This document shows positions 10,905 to 19,054 of a stretch of 64,000 bases of DNA, piece by piece. How positions within the stretch are numbered: the stretch's first letter is position 1; each line of letters begins with the position of its first letter. The notes below the pieces were generated by a model that saw only the letters and a program-made list of their open reading frames with translations, did no database searches and was not told the origin of the DNA. The translations under genes and the position numbers were made by a program. The DNA is from Verrucomicrobiota bacterium (lineage in GTDB: Bacteria; Verrucomicrobiota; Verrucomicrobiia; Verrucomicrobiales; DEV007): contig JASFYY010000050.1 of NCBI GenBank assembly GCA_045046875.1, positions 54,699 through 118,698 of the forward strand. The letters run 5' to 3'.

Positions 10905-11666
10905 ATGAAGTGGATCGGACTTATAGCGGTGATATTTACTGGGGGCTTGTTGCTCTCGGCGATGGATGATTTTCCTAATTGGGGTGATGCGCATTCACCT
11001 GCCAATGCTAGTCTGGTGTCACAGTATTATATCGAAAAAACCATCGAGGACTCAGGGGTTCCTAATATGGTGACGGCGGTTTTGGCGGATTATCGCAGTT
11101 ATGATACGATGTTCGAAACGGTAGTGGTATTGATCGCGGGTATTGCGATTATGGCGATCCTGCGAGTGATGAATCAAGTCCCTGGTGGGGCACGGCCTTC
11201 GCCTGCGCATGAGATTGGGGATCATCATGATATCATTATTGGTACCACTTGCCGGCTGTTGATTCCCGTTTTACAATTGTTTGCTCTTTATGTGATTGCG
11301 CATGGTCACCACAGTCCGGGCGGGGGGTTTCAAGGGGGCGTGATTCTGGGGGCGAGTTTTATTTTGACTGCTATCGCCAAGGGACTGGATCCGGCCTTGG
11401 AAAGATTGCCCGAAAAACGCTACGTGAAACTTGCTTTTGTCGGCGTGGTGATTTATTCCAGTTTCGGGGTGGCGTGTTTGTTACTGGGGGGGGATTTTCT
11501 GGACTACGGGGTCTTGCATGTGTTGCTGCCGACGATTGATGCGGCCGAGGCGCGTTCGCACAGCATGTTGGGAGTTGAAGTCGGTGTCGCTTTTACGGTG
11601 TCTGCGATCATGTTTGCGATCTATGCAAATCTGGCTAGCAAGGGTGAACTGGAAGGAGGGCTTTAA
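10905..11666 (+). CDS. mrpB: Mrp antiporter subunit B (MbhE-like plus MnhB fusion)
   Basis: PNMVTAVLADYRSYDTMFE and HGHHSPGGGFQGG motifs. Confidence 0.88.
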   Translation: MKWIGLIAVIFTGGLLLSAMDDFPNWGDAHSPANASLVSQYYIEKTIEDSGVPNMVTAVLADYRSYDTMFETVVVLIAGIAIMAILRVMNQVPGGARPSPAHEIGDHHDIIIGTTCRLLIPVLQLFALYVIAHGHHSPGGGFQGGVILGASFILTAIAKGLDPALERLPEKRYVKLAFVGVVIYSSFGVACLLLGGDFLDYGVLHVLLPTIDAAEARSHSMLGVEVGVAFTVSAIMFAIYANLASKGELEGGL

Positions 11667-11675
11667 ATTTTTGTC

Positions 11676-12152
11676 ATGGGCGAAATTACGAGTCAATATC
11701 TGATCGATCACTTCAACTTCTGGGTTGCGGTGGTGTTGATGATGATCGGGCTGTATGCCATGATCACGAAGAATAATCTGATCAAAAAACTGATCGGCAT
11801 GTCGATTTTTCAGACGGCGATTATTTTGTTTTATGTGTCTGCCGGGGTGAAAGAAGGGGCGACGATTCCGATTCTGGAGCATCACGCGGTGGAGACGGAG
11901 CAGGTGGAAGCGGGTGAGCACGCGGAGGGGCATTCCACAACAAATGCTTCGGGCAGCCACGAGGCTCATGCGATCAATCCTGATGATTATTCAAACCCTT
12001 TGCCTCACGTTTTGATGCTGACGGCCATCGTGGTGGGGGTGGCGACGCTGGGGGTGGCTTTGGCGGTGTCGCAGGTGATTTATAAAAATTACGGAACTTT
12101 GGAGGAAGACGAGATTCTTGCTAAAATAAAAGCAGCGGAAAACGATGGCTGA
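11676..12152 (+). CDS. mrpC: Mrp antiporter subunit C
   Basis: NLIKKLIG and NPLPHVLMLTAIVVG; His/Glu-rich loop. Confidence 0.93.
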   Translation: MGEITSQYLIDHFNFWVAVVLMMIGLYAMITKNNLIKKLIGMSIFQTAIILFYVSAGVKEGATIPILEHHAVETEQVEAGEHAEGHSTTNASGSHEAHAINPDDYSNPLPHVLMLTAIVVGVATLGVALAVSQVIYKNYGTLEEDEILAKIKAAENDG

Positions 12153-13695
12153 GCAATACCCTATCATCGTATTATTGGTGCTATTGTTTGGAGCACTTTT
12201 TGTAGGTCTGGCCGGCATGGCGGATCGGCGGGTGTGTTTTCCTCTGACGATGACGGCCTTGGTTTTAGCGGTCATGGTTTCGGTGGGGATTTTGCAACGG
12301 GTGATCAGTGGCGGCGTGATTCGCTATTTTGTTGGCGGGTGGAGCCGGCCGGTGGGCATCGGTATCGAACTGAGGATCGATACAATCAATGCTCTGGTGT
12401 TGTTGACCATCACTACGGTGGGCCTATTGACGGCGCTGTTTTCTTTCCGCCGGGTGCAGGAGGACAAAACTGAAAAAACGCCTTTGTTTTACGTGCTCTA
12501 TTTGCTGCTGATCATGGGTTTGTCGGGGATGGTGATCACTGGTGATGCGTTTAATTTGTATGTTTTGTTGGAGGTGTCGTCACTCACGTCTTACGCGTTG
12601 ATTGCGATGGGTAAGTCGCGCCGCGCGGCAGTGGCGGCGTTCAGTTATATCATCATGGGAACGATCGGTGCATCGTTTTATTTGCTCGGGGTGGGTTACC
12701 TCTATTTGCGCACCGGCACGTTGAACATGATGGAGATTCATCAGGCGATTTTGGCGTTGGATGGTCCTTCGAGCACCATTGTGGTGGCTTTTGTGCTGAT
12801 CCTTGTTGGTTTGATGATCAAGATGGCTTTTTTCCCCTTGTTTGGCTGGTTGCCCAACGCTTACTCTTATTGCCCGTCATCGACGTCCTGTGTGGTTGCA
12901 CCGTTGATGACCAAGGTGGGGGTGTATGTGATGGTGCGGATGATGCTGACAGTGTTCGGAACTGAGTGGGTGTTTGAAAACCTGCAGTACACCCAGTGGA
13001 TGGTGGGCATGGCGGTGCTGGCGATTCTGGCAGGTTCAGTGATGGCTCTGGCCCAAGTGGAATTGAAAAAAATGTTTTGTTATCTGATTGTCGCCGAGGT
13101 GGGTTACATGGTGGGCGGGGCTTGGATGGCGAACCACTGGGGCATGGTGGGCACGATTTATCATATCATGGGCGATGCTTTCATGACTTTGTGCATGTTT
13201 TTGGCTGCTGGTATTTTTGTCAAACAAGCAGGGGTGGTGCGCATCGATCAACTGGATGGCATGTTCCGCAAAATGCCGTGGACGATGGCGGGGTTTGTGG
13301 TGGGTGCTCTGGCGATGATCGGGATCCCGCCGACCTGTGGGTTTTTCAGCAAACTGTATCTCATTCGTGGAGGTATGGAGTCCGGGCATTGGGGTTATGT
13401 GATGGCGCTGTTGATTTCCAGTCTGGTGAATGCGGTGCTGTTTTTCAGGATTTTTGAGATTGCCTATTTCGGCAAAAAACCTGCCGAGGGCCATGGGCAC
13501 CATGCGGATCATTCCGAAGAGAGCGTGATTAAGGAGGCGCGGCCGAGTGCTTTGATACCGCTCTTGGCAACGGCGGTGATTATTGTGTTGCTGGGGCTTT
13601 TCAATAGCAATCTGGTGGAGCTGATAGAGCGCTCTTTGCAGGGCTCGGAGGTGATTGGAACGAGCGTTTTGTCTTCGAAAGGGGGGCTGGGCTGA
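12145..13695 (+). CDS. mrpD: Mrp antiporter subunit D-type (copy 1)
   Basis: GIELRID, TGDAFNLYVLLE, KMAFFPLFGWLPNAY, GIPPTCGFFSK. Confidence 0.9.
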   Translation: MAEQYPIIVLLVLLFGALFVGLAGMADRRVCFPLTMTALVLAVMVSVGILQRVISGGVIRYFVGGWSRPVGIGIELRIDTINALVLLTITTVGLLTALFSFRRVQEDKTEKTPLFYVLYLLLIMGLSGMVITGDAFNLYVLLEVSSLTSYALIAMGKSRRAAVAAFSYIIMGTIGASFYLLGVGYLYLRTGTLNMMEIHQAILALDGPSSTIVVAFVLILVGLMIKMAFFPLFGWLPNAYSYCPSSTSCVVAPLMTKVGVYVMVRMMLTVFGTEWVFENLQYTQWMVGMAVLAILAGSVMALAQVELKKMFCYLIVAEVGYMVGGAWMANHWGMVGTIYHIMGDAFMTLCMFLAAGIFVKQAGVVRIDQLDGMFRKMPWTMAGFVVGALAMIGIPPTCGFFSKLYLIRGGMESGHWGYVMALLISSLVNAVLFFRIFEIAYFGKKPAEGHGHHADHSEESVIKEARPSALIPLLATAVIIVLLGLFNSNLVELIERSLQGSEVIGTSVLSSKGGLG

Positions 13696-13696
13696 T

Positions 13697-15196
13697 ATGC
13701 CGGAAGTGATCCAGACTTACACGCCGCTGTGGGCTTGTTTGAGCGCCTTGTTGGCGGTGGTGCCGATTGTATTGCTGCGCAAGGAAACATTCTTGCGTGA
13801 GGGGGCTACTTTTGTGGCGGGTTTTGTGATGCTGGGTTTTGTGATTTCGATGGTGCCCGAGGTGCTGGCAGGCAAAGTCTTGGAATGCACGCTGATTGAG
13901 ATCACCGCTGATGTGCCGATCAAGTTCCGGGTGGATGGACTGGGTATGCTGTTTGCCTTGGTGGCGTCGAGTTTGTGGATTGTGACCTCGCTGTATTCGG
14001 TGGGTTATATGCGAGGATTGAAGGAGCATTCGCAGACGCGGTTTTTTGTGTTTTTCGCGGTTTCCCTGACGGCAACGATGGGGGTGGCTTTTGCTGGCAA
14101 CTTGCTGACGCTCTATTTGTTTTACGAAATGTTGTCACTGGCAACCTGGCCACTGGTGACTCATCATCAGGACAAAGAAGCACGCGGAGGTGGACGGAAA
14201 TATCTGGCTTATTTGTTAGGCACCTCAGTTGGGTTTGCGCTGCCGGCTTTGATTTTTTGTTATGTCAAAGCTTCGGCGACCGGGCTCGAATTTTCAGCTG
14301 CGGGTTTTCTGGCCAGCACTGGGGTGGAAGGCTCGACCGCTCTGGTACTGTTATTGCTTTTCACTTTCGGTTTCTCCAAAGCGGGGCTGATGCCTTTTCA
14401 TTCGTGGTTGCCTGGTGCGATGGTGGCACCGACTCCGGTGTCGGCTTTGTTGCATGCGGTGGCGGTGGTGAAGGTGGGCGTGTTCTGCATCATCCGGGTA
14501 TTCACCGGAGTATTTGGGTTGGCTTTTTTGAAGGAATTGGACATCGCCATCGTGGTGTCCTGGATCGCGGCTTTCACGGTGATCACTTCGTCATTGATCG
14601 CCTTGACGCAGGATAATTTGAAGCGTCGGCTGGCTTTTTCGACGATTGGTCAGTTGGCCTACATTATTTTGGGCGTGTCTTTGCTGGAGGATCGAGCGGT
14701 GATCGGCTCGATGGCACACATTGCCATGCATGCGGTGGGTAAAATCACCTTGTTCATGTGTGCGGGGGCGATCTTTGTGGCAACGGGCAAAAAATATGTT
14801 AGTCAGCTGGACGGACTGGGGCGCAAGATGCCGCTGACCTTTGTCGCGTTCACGATTGGAGCATTGAGCGTGATTGGGCTGCCGCCGACGGGTGGGTTGA
14901 TCAGTAAATTTTATCTGGTGACCGGCGCAATGGATGCAGGACAACCCCTGTTGGTGACCGTCTTTCTGGTGAGCACGCTATTGAACGCTGCCTATTTGTT
15001 ACCGATCGGCTATCGCGCATTTTTTCCTAGGGATCGACAACTGTCGAGTCAGCCCTTTTCTTGGAAAACAACGGCAGAAGCTCCTTGGGCTGCGGTGTTA
15101 CCACTTTGTGTGACTTCTATATTGGCGATCGTATTATTTGTGAAACCTCAACTGCTATTAAAACTCGCCAGCCTGATGGTGAGTGATGTGGGATAA
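13697..15196 (+). CDS. mrpD: Mrp antiporter subunit D-type (copy 2)
   Basis: NLLTLYLFYEM, KAGLMPFHSWLPGAMVAPTPVSALLHAVAVVK, LKRRLAFST; start at MPEVIQ. Confidence 0.88.
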   Translation: MPEVIQTYTPLWACLSALLAVVPIVLLRKETFLREGATFVAGFVMLGFVISMVPEVLAGKVLECTLIEITADVPIKFRVDGLGMLFALVASSLWIVTSLYSVGYMRGLKEHSQTRFFVFFAVSLTATMGVAFAGNLLTLYLFYEMLSLATWPLVTHHQDKEARGGGRKYLAYLLGTSVGFALPALIFCYVKASATGLEFSAAGFLASTGVEGSTALVLLLLFTFGFSKAGLMPFHSWLPGAMVAPTPVSALLHAVAVVKVGVFCIIRVFTGVFGLAFLKELDIAIVVSWIAAFTVITSSLIALTQDNLKRRLAFSTIGQLAYIILGVSLLEDRAVIGSMAHIAMHAVGKITLFMCAGAIFVATGKKYVSQLDGLGRKMPLTFVAFTIGALSVIGLPPTGGLISKFYLVTGAMDAGQPLLVTVFLVSTLLNAAYLLPIGYRAFFPRDRQLSSQPFSWKTTAEAPWAAVLPLCVTSILAIVLFVKPQLLLKLASLMVSDVG

Positions 15197-15199
15197 AAA

Positions 15200-15505
15200 A
15201 TGGCTCAACAAAAAAAAGAATTTGATTGGTTTGACCGTCCGAGCTCGCGGCGACTTTTGTGGCGTTTGCTGTGGGGAGCCTGCGCTTTGTCGGTGGTTGC
15301 CGAATTGTTTGTTCATCGCCATCCGTATTTTGGCATCGACGGGATTTTTGGTTTTTATGCGCTGTTGGGTTTTATCGGCTGCACGGCGATGATTCTATTG
15401 GCGAAGGGTTTGGGGAAATGGGTGAAGCGGAGTGAAGATTATTACAATGATCACATCGAGGATGATGTGATTCCTGAAGATATAGATGACGGCCATGCTG
15501 ACTGA
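15200..15505 (+). CDS. Small 2-TM protein embedded in the Mrp operon
   Basis: Two hydrophobic segments, GFYALLGF...AK.LG..VKRSEDYY; tightly coupled to both neighbours. Confidence 0.75.
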   Translation: MAQQKKEFDWFDRPSSRRLLWRLLWGACALSVVAELFVHRHPYFGIDGIFGFYALLGFIGCTAMILLAKGLGKWVKRSEDYYNDHIEDDVIPEDIDDGHAD

Positions 15506-17276
15506 TATCCCTCCATCACTATTGCTGTTCGCCGGCGCATTGATCACCATGCTGCTGCGCGGTCGTGCGCGGAATATTTTTCTGGTGGCCTTGCCGGTTT
15601 ACACTTTTTGGCACATTTTCCAGTTGTCTTTTGGCGAAGGGCCGAAGATGGATTTTCTGCCGACTTTTGATGCGCTCGAACCCTTGCGGGTGGACAAGCT
15701 CAGTAAGGCCTTTGGTTATATTTTCACATTGAACGCGGCGGTTGCTTTCCTGTTTGCCTTTTATGTCAAAAAGGCCTTCCAGCATGTGTGGGCCTTGGTC
15801 TATATCGGCGCGGCACTGGGGGTGATTTTTGCCGGAGACTTGATTACGCTGTATGTGTATTGGGAGTTGATGGCGATCTCGTCGGCTTTTGTGATCATCG
15901 CCCGTAATACCCTGCGTGCCAAACAAGCTACTTTTCGTTACGTGATGGTGCATATCTTTGGTGGGCTGTTGCTGCTGGCAGGCATTGTGATGACGGTTTC
16001 GTCGAGTGGCAGCATCGCCTTTGATAGTTTTGATTACGCTGATGCCAATCTGGGCACCTGGCTGATTCTGGCAGGATTCCTGGTCAATGCGGCAGCGCCC
16101 TTATTTTCCTCCTGGCTGTCGGACGCCTATCCGGAAGCCAGTGTGACCGGCGGATTGATCCTCAGTGCTTATACCACCAAAACGGCGGTTTATACCTTGC
16201 TGCGCGGCTTCCCGGGATGGGAGCCACTGATGGTGATTGGCTGCGTGATGGCGGTGTTTGGTATCATGTATGCGCTGTTGGAAAATGACATGCGCCGCAT
16301 ATTGGCTTATTCGATTATCAATCAGGTGGGCTTCATGGTTTGTGCGGCGGGTATTGGCACCAAGATGGCGATCGCCGGAGCGGTGGCACATGCTTTTTGT
16401 CACATCATTTACAAGTCGCTGCTGTGGATGTCAGCTGGCGCGGTATTGTATCGCACGGGGAAAAGTCGCTGCACGGATTTGGGCGGCTTGTATAAAACGA
16501 TGCCGTGGACTTTGTTGTTTGGGGGCATTGGAGCTTTGGCGATTTCGGCGGTGCCGCTGACCAGTGGTTTCACCAGCAAGACGATCATCATCGCTGCGAC
16601 CGAGCATGAGAAGTTGTTTTGGATCTGGTTGATTTTGGAGCTGGCATCGGCGGGGGTTTTTCTCCATGCAGGGATCAAATTTCCTTATTTTGTCTTTTTT
16701 AATCAAGACAAGGGATTGCGCCCCAAGGAAGCTCCGAAGACGATGTTATGGGCGATGGGGATTTTGGCGTTCTTGTGTATCTGGTTAGGAATCCGGCCGC
16801 AGATGCTTTATGATATTTTGCCTTACGCAGTGGATTATAAAGCTTACACCGCTAGTCATCTGGTGACTCAGATGCAGTTGCTGATGTTCTCGGCGCTGGT
16901 ATTTTTTCTTTTCCTGCCGCTGCTCAAGCGCACAGCGACGATCAGTTTGGATGTCGATTGGTTTTACCGCAAAGGTGGAGTGGCTTTTTACCGCTTGATG
17001 GACAAGAGCCTGAACGGGATCAACGCGAAAGTGGCCGATGTGATTGCTGTTCGATACACGGCGTGGTTGGGTCGATTTTTCCGCACCGCTCCGGCTGAAA
17101 TATTGGGAGCTTTGTTGGTGCCTTATTGGATGGGGATACGTTTGAATTCGGATGAGATAGCGGGGCGTAAGGCGAAGCTGGTATTGCGAGCCAAACGCGG
17201 AGCGTTTCCGGTGGGGATCACGGCTTGTCTGGCGGTGATGATGTTGGCGATTATTTATTTGGTGGCATTGGCCTGA
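15486..17276 (+). CDS. Mrp antiporter subunit D/A-type (copy 3)
   Basis: YVYWELMA, SWLSDAYPEAS, SAYTTKTAVY, ENDMRRILAYS, AHAFCHIIYKSLL. Confidence 0.88.
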   Translation: MTAMLTDIPPSLLLFAGALITMLLRGRARNIFLVALPVYTFWHIFQLSFGEGPKMDFLPTFDALEPLRVDKLSKAFGYIFTLNAAVAFLFAFYVKKAFQHVWALVYIGAALGVIFAGDLITLYVYWELMAISSAFVIIARNTLRAKQATFRYVMVHIFGGLLLLAGIVMTVSSSGSIAFDSFDYADANLGTWLILAGFLVNAAAPLFSSWLSDAYPEASVTGGLILSAYTTKTAVYTLLRGFPGWEPLMVIGCVMAVFGIMYALLENDMRRILAYSIINQVGFMVCAAGIGTKMAIAGAVAHAFCHIIYKSLLWMSAGAVLYRTGKSRCTDLGGLYKTMPWTLLFGGIGALAISAVPLTSGFTSKTIIIAATEHEKLFWIWLILELASAGVFLHAGIKFPYFVFFNQDKGLRPKEAPKTMLWAMGILAFLCIWLGIRPQMLYDILPYAVDYKAYTASHLVTQMQLLMFSALVFFLFLPLLKRTATISLDVDWFYRKGGVAFYRLMDKSLNGINAKVADVIAVRYTAWLGRFFRTAPAEILGALLVPYWMGIRLNSDEIAGRKAKLVLRAKRGAFPVGITACLAVMMLAIIYLVALA

Positions 17277-17284
17277 GGAAGGGG

Positions 17285-17433
17285 AACCACTAATAAACAC
17301 CAATAAACACAAATTTAGGAGGAGGTTTTTTAAATCACGGAGGTCAGTAGGTCAGAGCGAGCCGGAGCGACCGCGCTGCAATGGGGCAAATTCAAAATAA
17401 AATATCAGTGTTCATCAGTGTGAATCAGTGGTT
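17285..17433. repeat. Composite inverted-repeat element: 3x10-nt arms enclosing a REP-like hairpin
   Basis: Left arm aaccactaat|aaacaccaat|aaacacaaat; right arm (reverse complement) aaccactgat|tcacactgat|gaacactgat; internal gagcgagccggagcgaccgcgctgc at 17355-17379. Confidence 0.75.
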
Positions 17434-17445
17434 TCTTTTTGGAAT

Positions 17446-18030
17446 ATGTTTACTGGAATTGTTGAGTGTTGTGGAGAAGTAAGGTCGATGGAGCCGGTGG
17501 AGGCGGGGTTCCGTTTGTGTTTGGGCATTCCCTTTGCACGGGAGTTGAGTGAGGGGGAGAGTGTGGCGGTGAACGGGTGCTGCCTGACGGTGACGACGGT
17601 CGAGGATGGTTCGGTCGGGTTTGACTTGTTGGCGGAGACTTGCCGGGTGACGAATCTGGGCGATTTGAAGGCGGGAGGTGTGGTGAATTTGGAGCGAGCC
17701 TTGAGAGCGACTGACCGGATGAGCGGGCATTTTGTGCAAGGGCATGTCGATGGCACCAGTGAGATTTTGGAATTAGAAGCGGTGGGACAGGATTATCGCT
17801 TGCGAGTTGCTTTGCCAGATCAGTTTTCGCGTTATTTGATCAACAAGGGCTCGATTTGCGTGGATGGCATGAGCCTGACGGCAGCAGAGGTGGGTGAGGA
17901 TAGTTTCACCATCTGGCTGATTCCTCACACCATGGAGATCACCAATTTAAAAAATCGTCAAGCTGGACAGCGGGTGAATCTCGAATTCGATATGCTAGCG
18001 AAGTATGTTGAGAAGCTGGTTGGAGTTTGA
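17446..18030 (+). CDS. ribE: Riboflavin synthase (alpha chain)
   Basis: MFTGIV start, SVAVNGCCLT, VNLERAL, GHFVQGHVD, KGSICVDGMSLT. Confidence 0.96.
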   Translation: MFTGIVECCGEVRSMEPVEAGFRLCLGIPFARELSEGESVAVNGCCLTVTTVEDGSVGFDLLAETCRVTNLGDLKAGGVVNLERALRATDRMSGHFVQGHVDGTSEILELEAVGQDYRLRVALPDQFSRYLINKGSICVDGMSLTAAEVGEDSFTIWLIPHTMEITNLKNRQAGQRVNLEFDMLAKYVEKLVGV

Positions 18031-18088
18031 TGAGAACATTGGAGTCAAGAATCATGGCTATTCCGCCCAAGGGTTAGTAGGAGGCGTT

Positions 18089-19054
18089 TCACGCTTTAGC
18101 CAACTCTTCGACATGGGCGCAGACCGCTTTAGCCAGGCCTTGAGGGTTGTAGCCGCCTTCCAGGATGGATACGATTTTTCCTTGGCAGAATTCTTGGGCC
18201 CATCCGCATGTCATCTTGGTTAACTCGATAAAATCGTCGTCGGTGAGCTGGAGCATGCCGACAGGATCGTCGATGCGAGCGTCAAACCCAGCGGAGATTA
18301 AGATGAAATCGGGTTGAAATTTTATTAAAGCGGGACCGATCAGGTCATGCCATTTTTTTAAAATAAGATCGCCGCCGCTGCCTTCGGGCACCGGGATATT
18401 AAGGGTGCTGCCTTTGCCCTCACCTTGCCCGATTTCATCAGCAGCGCCGGTGTGGGGGTAGATATTGTCTTCGTGGCTTGAAGCGTAGAAGACCGAGGCG
18501 TCGGAGTAAAAAATGTCTTGGGTACCATTGCCGTGATGGACATCCCAATCGAGAATAGCGATGCGCTTGAGGCCGTGGCGCTGTTGTAGATGGCGAGCGG
18601 TGATCGCTACATTGTTAAAAATGCAAAAGCCCATGCCTCTACCCGCAGAAGCGTGATGGCCAGGAGGTCTGACGGCAGCAAAGGCATTTTTTACGGTTCC
18701 TTCACAGACCGCATCGGCGGCTGCCAGGGATGAGCCGATCGCATCCATGGCCACATCGTAGGAGTCCGGGCAAATGGCGGTATCGCCCGTGCGGAGAACG
18801 TCGGCGAATTGTTCCACGTCCATGCGTGCCACATCGTGATACCAGGAGTCATGACACAATAAAACATCCTTGATGGTTGCGTTTTGGCAGGCTAAACGGT
18901 GATAGGCAGAGGGGGAGTTTTTGCATAGAGCCTCCAGGTTGTTCATCACCGGGAGGTAGCGCTCGGCGCTCTCGGGGTGCATCGGTCCGGTGTCGTGCTT
19001 GAGAAAGGACGCGTCATAGATGATGCCGGTGGTTTGGTCAGTGGGGTTTGTCAT
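18089..19054 (-). CDS. Zn-dependent histone deacetylase family protein (class II-like)
   Basis: HPE..R, RPPGHHA, GFCIFNN, DWDVHHGNGTQ, SAGFDA, LEGGY. Confidence 0.95.
   Translation of the reverse strand: MTNPTDQTTGIIYDASFLKHDTGPMHPESAERYLPVMNNLEALCKNSPSAYHRLACQNATIKDVLLCHDSWYHDVARMDVEQFADVLRTGDTAICPDSYDVAMDAIGSSLAAADAVCEGTVKNAFAAVRPPGHHASAGRGMGFCIFNNVAITARHLQQRHGLKRIAILDWDVHHGNGTQDIFYSDASVFYASSHEDNIYPHTGAADEIGQGEGKGSTLNIPVPEGSGGDLILKKWHDLIGPALIKFQPDFILISAGFDARIDDPVGMLQLTDDDFIELTKMTCGWAQEFCQGKIVSILEGGYNPQGLAKAVCAHVEELAKA

Noticed and set aside
9422..17276. Membrane-bound hydrogenase or complex I operon
   Set aside because: No NiFe, Fe-S or NuoB/C/D/H/I-type genes are adjacent; mrpE/F/G are present.
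17277..17445. FMN riboswitch upstream of ribE
   Set aside because: No RFN consensus elements recognised; the region is explained by the repeat cassette.
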